Below are positions 1 through 7,104 of a stretch of 24,000 bases of DNA, one piece after another. How positions within the stretch are numbered: position 1 is the stretch's first letter; each line of letters begins with the position of its first letter. A model generated the notes under the pieces. The model saw only the letters and a program-made list of their open reading frames with translations. It had not been told where the DNA came from and ran no database searches. Both the position numbers and the translations under genes were made by a program. Source of the stretch: Propioniferax innocua (GTDB taxonomy: Bacteria > Actinomycetota > Actinomycetes > Propionibacteriales > Propionibacteriaceae); contig NZ_VFOR01000004.1 of assembly GCF_006716235.1 (NCBI RefSeq), positions 94,145 through 118,144 of the forward strand, given 5' to 3'.

Positions 1-1919
1 TGTTCAGACCCGTTGGCCAATCGCTCGCCGCCACGATCGAGCTCAACGACGCCATCGGCGAGTTGACGTGTGCCATCGGCCAGACCGTTGGCCCCGGCCG
101 CGAGCTGATCCATGCCGGTGGCGAATTCGCCGGTGCCCTCTGCGGCGGCCGAGACCCCGTCGGTGTATTGGCCGACGCCGTCGGTGTATTGGGCCACCCC
201 ATCGGTGTACTGCGTGACGCCACCGGAGAGCTGGGCAGTCCCGTCGGCGAGTTGCCCTGCGCCCGAGTCCAAATCCTGGATGCCGTTCGCCAGCGGGACC
301 ATGCCGTCGGCGAGTTGGCGCGTGCCGTCGGCAGCTGTGCCCAACCCGTCGGCGAGGGAACGGCTTCCGTCGGCTGCCTGGGTCACGCCATCGGCCAGCG
401 TCCCCACGTTGTTGTCGAGTTCATCGGTGCCCGCGGCCAGATCCCGAGCGCCGCTGGCGAGCCGGTCACCGCCGGTCTTGAGTTCGCCGAGCCGCCCGGA
501 CTGCTCAACCAGTTCGGGGAGCTGCGGGGCGAGGGCCTCGGCGGTGTCGGCCGCGTCGGCGAGCTCTGGACTGTCAGCGATCTGCTGGGCCCATTCCACC
601 GATGTCAGACCGGTGTCCCCCACCGGTTGTTCGAGTTGCTGTTGGGCCGCGTGCCACTGTGCGCAAAAGGCTTCCTGCTGCTCGGGGGTCACCTCCACGT
701 CGGTCAGCGTGGGGCACTCGGACCGGGTGAATTCGGCGATCTGTGATGCCGCCTCCTGCGCTCCTTCCCTGGCTTCACCCATCATCAACAGTGCGGCCTG
801 GAGAGTCTGGACGTCTTCTTCACTGAGGTTGCTGAGAGCGGACGTGGCCGGCTCGAGGCCGTCCACCAGTTGATTGACGCCTCCCACATATTCGTCGAGG
901 CCAGTGGAGAGTTCCCCGGCTCCATCGGCGAGCTGCCGGGTGCCATCGGTGAGCCGAGGCATCTGCTGCTCGGCCTCACCGAGTCCCCCGGCCAGGGCGT
1001 CCGCACCGTCGGCGGCATCGGAGATGCCCTCGGCCAGCTGGTTCGTCTGTGCCGGGAGGTCCTTGGTCTGCGAAGCCAGCTGTCCGGTCCCATCGGCGAG
1101 CTGTCCGGCACCCGATGAGAGCTCCGATGCCCCCGACGCAAGCTGAGAGCCTCCGTTGGCCAGTTCAGCGCCCCCGGCCTTGAGTCGGCTCCCACCGGTG
1201 GCGAGCTGGTCCATGCCGTCGGCGAGTTCGTGCGCACCGGTCGCGGCCTCCCCAACACCTGCGGCGTACTGTTCGGTTCCGGTGGCGAGCTCGTCGGTGC
1301 CCTCGCTCGTCTCTCCGATTCCGTCGCTGAGTTTCCGGGTGCCATCGGAGAGGTCACCGGCAGCGTCGGCAACGGTCTGGAACTGTTCTCCCATCTCGTT
1401 GAAGCCGAGATAGATGCCATCGAGATACTGCTTGGTGAGTTCGGTGTTCAGCGTCCCTCGAGCGGTCTCGGCGATGATTCGTGCGATCGTGCCATCGGCG
1501 ACGCCCGCCGTGGTGGAGGTCTCGATGTCGATCACGGCCTGACGCGCGTCCTCGGCGGGACCACCGAAGGATGTGGCACGGGCCGAGAAGTCCTCGGGGA
1601 TGGTGATGACGGCTGCGTAACGTCCCGTGGCGAGCCCCTGTTCGGCGTCCTTGTCGTCGGCGAGCACCCACGTGAAGTTGTCGTCGCGACGCTCGGTGAG
1701 CCCGGCGGCGAGCTGGCGTCCCAGCGGCACCGGCTGGCCGTCGATCTCGACCATCTGGTCGTGGTTCACCACCGCGGCCTGCACATGGGACATGCGTGAT
1801 TCGGACTTCCACAGGGCTCCGAGGAATCCGGCGGCGACGATGATCGGCACCAACAGGATTCCGATGAGCGACAACAGCCGCACCGGCTTGCCCGAGTTCG
1901 CGCGCTCCAGGTTGAACAT
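1..1919 (-). CDS. YhgE/Pip domain-containing membrane protein (N-terminal ~639 codons; 3' end lies beyond the window start)
   Basis: Hand translation of the minus strand from ATG at 1919-1917 gives an uninterrupted frame to position 1. It starts MFNLERANSGKPVRLLSLIGILLVPIIVAAGFLGALWKSESRMSHVQAAVVNHDQMVEIDGQPVPLGRQLAAGL..., which is an N-terminal TM helix plus the Pip/YhgE N-domain. A long array of xxxLxxG heptads follows (LADGTRQ LADGMVP LANGIQD LDSGAGQ LADGTAQ LSGGVTQ YTDGVAQ YTDGVGQ YTDGVSA). The start overlaps the MMPL stop (TGATG, 1917-1921). The frame is missing from the ORF track because it has no in-window stop. Confidence 0.85.
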   Translation of the reverse strand, partial: MFNLERANSGKPVRLLSLIGILLVPIIVAAGFLGALWKSESRMSHVQAAVVNHDQMVEIDGQPVPLGRQLAAGLTERRDDNFTWVLADDKDAEQGLATGRYAAVITIPEDFSARATSFGGPAEDARQAVIDIETSTTAGVADGTIARIIAETARGTLNTELTKQYLDGIYLGFNEMGEQFQTVADAAGDLSDGTRKLSDGIGETSEGTDELATGTEQYAAGVGEAATGAHELADGMDQLATGGSRLKAGGAELANGGSQLASGASELSSGAGQLADGTGQLASQTKDLPAQTNQLAEGISDAADGADALAGGLGEAEQQMPRLTDGTRQLADGAGELSTGLDEYVGGVNQLVDGLEPATSALSNLSEEDVQTLQAALLMMGEAREGAQEAASQIAEFTRSECPTLTDVEVTPEQQEAFCAQWHAAQQQLEQPVGDTGLTSVEWAQQIADSPELADAADTAEALAPQLPELVEQSGRLGELKTGGDRLASGARDLAAGTDELDNNVGTLADGVTQAADGSRSLADGLGTAADGTRQLADGMVPLANGIQDLDSGAGQLADGTAQLSGGVTQYTDGVAQYTDGVGQYTDGVSAAAEGTGEFATGMDQLAAGANGLADGTRQLADGVVELDRGGERLANGSE

Positions 1920-4693
1920 CACTGGCCTCCAGCGGTGACGAGTTCGGCTGCCCGGTGATGGTCCGAGAGCAGCTCGATGGTGTGGTACGTGGTGGTGATG
2001 AGGGGTTCGACGACGTCGAGATCGGCGACGCCGAGCACGACCGTCGGCTGCTCGTCGTCCCCGAGCCGCCCGGCCAACAGGTCGGCGAGGGCATCGCGGT
2101 CATCGGCCGTGGGGAGGGCGTCGGCGGCATCGATCACGATCATCGGTGTGTGACGCCTCAGCGCGCGCTCGAGGTCGGCCCGCAGGTCTTCTGCGGTCGA
2201 TCCGTCGATCAACGCGACCTGACGGCGCACCTGCGCGGATTGCTCGGGCAGCAGCCTCCCGAGCACCTTGGCGGTTCCGACGGTGCCGCGTAGGCGTCCG
2301 GCGAGGGCATAGAGCAGGGGCAGGCGTCGACGCCGGTCCGATTGCACGACCAGCACGTCCCCGTGAGGCACGTCGAGGTCGATCGGTGCACACAGGTTGC
2401 CCGACGCCGGGGTGTGTGGCGCGAATCCCTCGACGCGCACCGCCCGGCCACTCCCCCAGTCCTGCAGATTCACCATCCGGGTCATGGCGTCGCCCTCGAC
2501 GTCGAAGGTCGGCAGACGCTCATCGAGCCACTTGGGGATCCACCAGGCCTTGTCGCCGAGGAGTTTCATGACCGCAGGCACGAGCGTCATGCGCACGATG
2601 AACGCATCCACGGTGACGCCGATGGCCAGGCCGAAGGCGATGGCCTTGATCGCGCCCATGCCCTCGGGCACGAAGAACGCGAAGACCGCCACCATGATCG
2701 ACGCGGTGGCGATGACGACCTTGCCCGACCCCACGAACCCCAGCCGAATGGCCGATTCCGCGTCGGCGCCGTGCATGTACTCCTCGCGCATACGGGCCAC
2801 GAGGAACACCTCGTAATCCATGGCGAGCCCGAAGAGGATCCCCATGAGCAGGATCGGGTAGAAACTGACGACCGCCTGCGGCTGTTCCAGATTGATCACC
2901 TGCATGCCGATGCCGTGGTGGAACACGATGACGGTGGCGCCGAAGGCCGAGCCGACCGAGAGCAGATATCCAAGTGCCGTTTTGATCGGGATCGCGATCG
3001 ATCGGAACACCATCGTCAGCAGTACCAGGGAGAGTCCGACGACGAAGATGCCGAACGGCAGCAGGGCCTGGGCGAGCCTGGTGGAGATGTCGATCTGCAC
3101 CGCGGTCATGCCGGTGACGGCCGTGGGGACGCCGTACTGCTCCTCCCATCGGGGTTGCAGTTCACGGATGTGTTCGACGAGTTCGGTGGTGGCCGGATCA
3201 TCGGGTGCGGTCTCGGGGATCACTTGGATGAAGCCGGTGTCGGCGTTCGGGTTGGGGGTCGCGAGCGCGACGAGTTTGACGCCGGGCACCGATTCCACCT
3301 CACGCTTGAGGTCATCCATGAGCCCGAGCGGATCGGTGGACTGGATGATCTCGGCGGTGACGATGAGTGGCCCGTTGTAGCCGGGACCGAATTTCTCGGC
3401 GGTCAGGTCGTAGGTCTCCCGTTCAGGGGAACCGATCGAGTTCTGCCCGGGGTTGGGCAGTGACAGCTGCAGATCCTTGCCGGGCACGCTGAGGGCACCG
3501 AGGGCCACGACGATCACGATCACGGTGAGCCAGGGCCAGGTGATGGCCCAATGCACCCACGTGCCGAGAAAGCCACGGCCCGCTCGCTTCGGTTCGGCCC
3601 GCTGCGGCATCTCCGACGGCTCGTCCTCGGCCCGGCGTCCCCGACTCTTCTGGGCCCGAGTCTTCCTGGCCCGGGGTCGCAGACGTTCACCGGCGAACCC
3701 CATGAATGCGGGCAGGATGGTCATGGCGATCAGCACGGCGAGGCCCACACCGATCGCCGCGAACACACCCATCACCGTCAGGAACGGGATGCGGGCCACG
3801 GCCAGACCCACGAGCGCGATGATGCAGGTGATGCCGGCGAACACGATGGCCGAGCCCGCCGTCGCAAGTGAGCGTGCCGCCGATTCCTCCGCGTCGAGCC
3901 CCTCGCCGAGTTGTTCGCGGTGCCTGGTGAGGATGAACAACGCGTAGTCGATACCGACGGCCAGGCCGAGCATCACCGACAGGATCGGTGTGGTCGAGGA
4001 GATCGTCATGACGCCGGTCGCCGCCAGCATCAACAGCGAGGACGCGCCGACGCCCCACAACGCCGTCACGATCGGCATACCGGCGGCGATGGCCGAGCCG
4101 AGCGTCACCAACAGCACGATGAGCGCCACGATGACGCCGAACACCTCGGTGATCGACAGCCCCGGGATCTCGACAGCGAATGCATCTCCACCCATCGCCA
4201 CCTGACTCCCGGCGGGCAGGTCGGCTTCGATCTTGTCAGCGATATCCAGCAGTGGCTGGAGTTCTTCGTCGGTCACCTCGACCGGATCGACGGTGAGGGT
4301 CAGGTTCACCAGGGCTGCGGAGCGGTCATCGTTGATGAGTCCGTCGATGAGGTCGTCATAGGGCGACGCGACGGTGTCGACGACCTCGAGGTCGTCGAGC
4401 CGGTCGAGTTCGTTCTCGACGAGGGCACGGAATCCGGGGGAATCGACCGTGGTGCCCTCCGGCGGCACGATGACCATCGTCGCCCGGGTTCCGGCGACCT
4501 CCGGGAATGTCATGTAGAGCTGGTCGAGCGCCACCTGCGAGGGGGTTCCGGGGATCTCGAACTCCTCGTTGAAACCGGTGTGGAGCAGACCTGCGAGGCC
4601 GCCGAGCAGCACCAGGATGCCGAACCACACCAGGACGACTCGTCGGCGCATCCGGAAACACCAGCGCCCGAGCGCGTACAGCATCGTCGACAC
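1919..4693 (-). CDS. MMPL family (RND-superfamily) transporter with a C-terminal soluble degenerate ABC-ATPase-like domain
   Basis: This is the 992-aa track ORF. The body shows typical MMPL architecture (MLYALGRWCFRMRRRVVLVWFGILVLLGGLAG..., two 6-TM bundles, two large loops). The likely start is GTG 4693, preceded by GAAGGAGG with a 7-nt spacer and in frame as V-S-T-M. ATG 4684 is the alternative. The 4897 start would cross the operator region and the TetR start. Confidence 0.9.
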   Translation of the reverse strand: MSTMLYALGRWCFRMRRRVVLVWFGILVLLGGLAGLLHTGFNEEFEIPGTPSQVALDQLYMTFPEVAGTRATMVIVPPEGTTVDSPGFRALVENELDRLDDLEVVDTVASPYDDLIDGLINDDRSAALVNLTLTVDPVEVTDEELQPLLDIADKIEADLPAGSQVAMGGDAFAVEIPGLSITEVFGVIVALIVLLVTLGSAIAAGMPIVTALWGVGASSLLMLAATGVMTISSTTPILSVMLGLAVGIDYALFILTRHREQLGEGLDAEESAARSLATAGSAIVFAGITCIIALVGLAVARIPFLTVMGVFAAIGVGLAVLIAMTILPAFMGFAGERLRPRARKTRAQKSRGRRAEDEPSEMPQRAEPKRAGRGFLGTWVHWAITWPWLTVIVIVVALGALSVPGKDLQLSLPNPGQNSIGSPERETYDLTAEKFGPGYNGPLIVTAEIIQSTDPLGLMDDLKREVESVPGVKLVALATPNPNADTGFIQVIPETAPDDPATTELVEHIRELQPRWEEQYGVPTAVTGMTAVQIDISTRLAQALLPFGIFVVGLSLVLLTMVFRSIAIPIKTALGYLLSVGSAFGATVIVFHHGIGMQVINLEQPQAVVSFYPILLMGILFGLAMDYEVFLVARMREEYMHGADAESAIRLGFVGSGKVVIATASIMVAVFAFFVPEGMGAIKAIAFGLAIGVTVDAFIVRMTLVPAVMKLLGDKAWWIPKWLDERLPTFDVEGDAMTRMVNLQDWGSGRAVRVEGFAPHTPASGNLCAPIDLDVPHGDVLVVQSDRRRRLPLLYALAGRLRGTVGTAKVLGRLLPEQSAQVRRQVALIDGSTAEDLRADLERALRRHTPMIVIDAADALPTADDRDALADLLAGRLGDDEQPTVVLGVADLDVVEPLITTTYHTIELLSDHHRAAELVTAGGQ

Positions 4694-4783
4694 GTCTGCC
4701 CCTCCTTCGCCGGCGCGGCGAGGCCTCGCACCAACTCTCCTGCTCATCCGGGTATCGACCCGTCCGGATGCGCGAATCCACTC

Positions 4784-4817
4784 GATACAATCCTGTATCC
4801 AATACATGACTGTATCC
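4784..4817. promoter_or_regulatory. Stacked palindromic operator candidates (TetR-type) in the divergent MMPL/TetR intergenic region
   Basis: GATACAatccTGTATC lies at 4784-4799 and ATACAtgacTGTAT at 4802-4815. TGTATccaATACA bridges the two. CTGTATCC recurs as a direct repeat at 4793-4800 and 4810-4817. The array is centred between the divergent start codons. Confidence 0.45.
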
Positions 4818-4881
4818 GATAGGCTGAGGGCGCCCAAACAGATACGGAACGCCAAGTCCCGTTCGCGGCGACAGGAGCCCG

Positions 4882-5517
4882 GTGAGCATGCCGACACACA
4901 GCACGCAGGTCAGCCCACGGCGTCTGGAGACCCGTAACCGGCTCGTCGACGCCGGCCTCACCGTGATCGCCGAGCGCGGCGTACTTGGAGCGAGCGTCGA
5001 GCAGATCTGCGAGGAAGCGAACTTCACCCGCGGAGCGTTCTACTCCAATTTCGATTCCAAAGATCAACTCTGCGCCGCGATCATGCGCGAGAAGTGCGAC
5101 GACATCATCGCCGCAACGCGTCACACCGCCGCAGACCTTCCCCTCTCGGTGGAAGGAACGCTGCCCAATATCGTCGACACCGCCGTCGAGCGATTCATGG
5201 CCCTGCAGCGAAGCGATCCCAGATGGCCCATCGTCTCGGCCGAACTGCGGCTGCACGCGGCACGCTCCGCCGAGTTTCGCCCCATCTATCTGGCCCTGCG
5301 TCAGGAGATCCACACCGAAGTGGGGCGCATCTTCGCGCCGGCTCTGACGCAACGCGGGCTCAGCCTGCCGGTGCCCATCGAGCAGGCCCTGGCCCTGATG
5401 GAGGCGGCCCAGGAGAGCGCCACACTCCAGGCTCAACTGCTGACCGACGAACCTGATCCCTCCGAGGTGGCCGGAGACCTCAAGGCCTTGTTGACGGCCC
5501 TCGTGCGGCCCGCCTGA
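4882..5517 (+). CDS. TetR/AcrR family transcriptional regulator
   Basis: The N-terminal HTH matches the TetR pattern: RRLETRNRLVDAGLTVIAERGVLGASVEQICEEANFTRGAFYSNFDSKDQL. AGGAG lies at 4873-4877. The start is GTG 4882 or ATG 4888. The gene is divergent from the MMPL operon. Confidence 0.9.
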   Translation: MSMPTHSTQVSPRRLETRNRLVDAGLTVIAERGVLGASVEQICEEANFTRGAFYSNFDSKDQLCAAIMREKCDDIIAATRHTAADLPLSVEGTLPNIVDTAVERFMALQRSDPRWPIVSAELRLHAARSAEFRPIYLALRQEIHTEVGRIFAPALTQRGLSLPVPIEQALALMEAAQESATLQAQLLTDEPDPSEVAGDLKALLTALVRPA

Positions 5518-6936
5518 TCAGCCCTCTTCGCCGCTGCACACCTGTTTCTCACCGACGCCGGTGCCGAATTCGGTGCCGCCGAACACGTCATCCCGCACGA
5601 AGTCGTAGTAGGCCTGCTTGGCCGGGTCATCGTATGGATTGTCGGCTGCGCAGCGGGCCACGTAATAACCCACGGCGTCGGCGAACGTCTCGTCGGGCGT
5701 CGACCCGTACTCACTGATGGGGCCCAGCCGGTTGAACAGGTCGTTGGCGCGCTGCCAATAAGGCGGATTTTCGAAGCGGTCGGTGTTCATCACGTGCGCG
5801 AACTCGTGGATGATCAGCCGCACGAGGCGTCCGCGCTGCCCCTCGGCGTAGCCGGCCTGGAACTTGGCCATGTCGAGCGTCACCGTGTGCGGACGCGTCA
5901 GGCCGTAGTCACCCCAGGCCCAGCTGGTGCGCGGCGGGGACGAGGAGACGGTCAACGAACCACCGTTGCCGTTCTTCACCTTGTCGAGATAGGAGGTGCA
6001 GTCGACGGCATCGAGGGTCGTGGCGAAGAGCCGGACGGCGTCGGTGTGGGCGGCATCGGTCCATTCGGGTCCGACCAGGCTGATACCCCAGTGCTGCTGC
6101 ATGCGGCCGACGTTGTCGGCGAGTGCGGCGTCCTCGCGCCACTCGAATTCCATCGGGCAGGGCTGGGCGATACCGGGAACGGGCCCCGGCACGGGATCCA
6201 GCTGCTGTGCGGGCACCGGCTCGGGAGCAGGAAGATCCGCGACCTCGGCCGCGTGCTGCGGCACGGGCGGTGCAGCGGCATTGGCGCTGATGTGGTCGTT
6301 CGAGCTCTGTCCGGCGATCACGAGCGGCAGCGTCACCGCCGCGACCAGCGCAATCAGCCCCACCACCAGACGCAGGTTGCGCCGTGCGGGCACATAGGGC
6401 GGAGGTGGCCCCTCGGCACGACGACGCGGGGCGAGTTCATCCTCGTCGTCCGGGTCGGACGCATCTTCTGGACCATCGTCCTGCTCGGGCGCATCTTCTG
6501 AATCGCCGCCCTCCGGCTCGTCGCCTTCAGCACCCTCATCTCCAGCGCTGTGAATCGCTTCGTCGACGACGATGGGGTTGATCGCGGTGTCCTCCAGAGC
6601 CTCGCGCCCCGGGCCCTCGACATCGGACTCGGCGAGCCCCGTCGCACCGGCTGCGGGGGCGTCGTCGAACGAGTCGGCGGGGTCATCGGCGAAGCGGCGG
6701 CCGGGAGCCGTCTGCGTCGACTCGTCAGCAGGCTCGTCATGAGCATGTTCGGGCGCTGGCCCGGCGGCTGCTCGACGCCCGGGCGCGCTCTCGGTGGCGT
6801 CGCTCCAGCCCTGCGCTCGACGCCCGGGTGCCTCGCCCTCCATCGCGTCGACCGGTGTTTCCGCAGCCGCGCGTCGGGGCGTGCCGAGTGAATCACTGTC
6901 GCTGAAGCCGAGGCCTCGCGCCGGTTCACGCACCAC
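5518..6936 (-). CDS. Membrane-anchored putative zinc metallopeptidase (HEFAH; ATLF/M34-like gluzincin signature) with a long acidic disordered N-terminus
   Basis: 472-aa ORF. Residues 1-185 are acidic and low-complexity, with repeated APGRR motifs. RRNLR plus the TM helix LVVGLIALVAAVTLPLVIAG follow at residues ~186-208. The C-terminal domain has 4 Cys, HEFAH (nt 5794-5808) and ISEYGSTPDETFADAVGYY about 30-40 residues later. The start (GTG 6936) is uncertain. Confidence 0.7.
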   Translation of the reverse strand: MVREPARGLGFSDSDSLGTPRRAAAETPVDAMEGEAPGRRAQGWSDATESAPGRRAAAGPAPEHAHDEPADESTQTAPGRRFADDPADSFDDAPAAGATGLAESDVEGPGREALEDTAINPIVVDEAIHSAGDEGAEGDEPEGGDSEDAPEQDDGPEDASDPDDEDELAPRRRAEGPPPPYVPARRNLRLVVGLIALVAAVTLPLVIAGQSSNDHISANAAAPPVPQHAAEVADLPAPEPVPAQQLDPVPGPVPGIAQPCPMEFEWREDAALADNVGRMQQHWGISLVGPEWTDAAHTDAVRLFATTLDAVDCTSYLDKVKNGNGGSLTVSSSPPRTSWAWGDYGLTRPHTVTLDMAKFQAGYAEGQRGRLVRLIIHEFAHVMNTDRFENPPYWQRANDLFNRLGPISEYGSTPDETFADAVGYYVARCAADNPYDDPAKQAYYDFVRDDVFGGTEFGTGVGEKQVCSGEEG

Positions 6937-7104
6937 TACACCCCCACGAGATAACCGTTCCCGAATACTGAGAAACCGTACCCGTCACCACGAGGCTGGC
7001 CTAATCGATCGTGACGTCATCGCAGCGGATCCTGCCGCCCATTTGTTCACACACTCGCGGTTCACACCAACACTGCAGCGACGAGGAGAAACCCACGATG
7101 AGGA

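Noticed and set aside
63-1799. Track ORFs on the + strand (63-746, 112-873, 870-1146, 1156-1413, 1230-1799) and off-frame minus ORFs (785-1420, 1354-2130)
   Set aside because: They give Ala/Pro/Ser/Gly/Arg-rich nonsense with no family features. They all overlap the single minus-strand frame that reads as a YhgE/Pip protein. The 21-nt periodic GC-rich repeats keep alternative frames open.
2146-4822. Multiple long + strand ORFs antisense to the MMPL gene (e.g. 2342-3463 at 373 aa, 3911-4822 at 303 aa)
   Set aside because: These are typical high-GC antisense shadows, rich in His/Arg/Asp/Gly with no TM or domain pattern. The MMPL frame explains the region completely.
4694-4897. N-terminal extension of the MMPL ORF to 4897
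   Set aside because: The extension has no RBS. It would run through the palindromic operator region and overlap the TetR start. A GAAGGAGG-N7-GTG start at 4693 sits just before the first TM helix.
7012-7019. Perfect TGACGTCA palindrome in the promoter region of the protease gene
   Set aside because: 8-bp palindromes are expected many times by chance in 24 kb. It has no flanking symmetry and no second copy in a related position.
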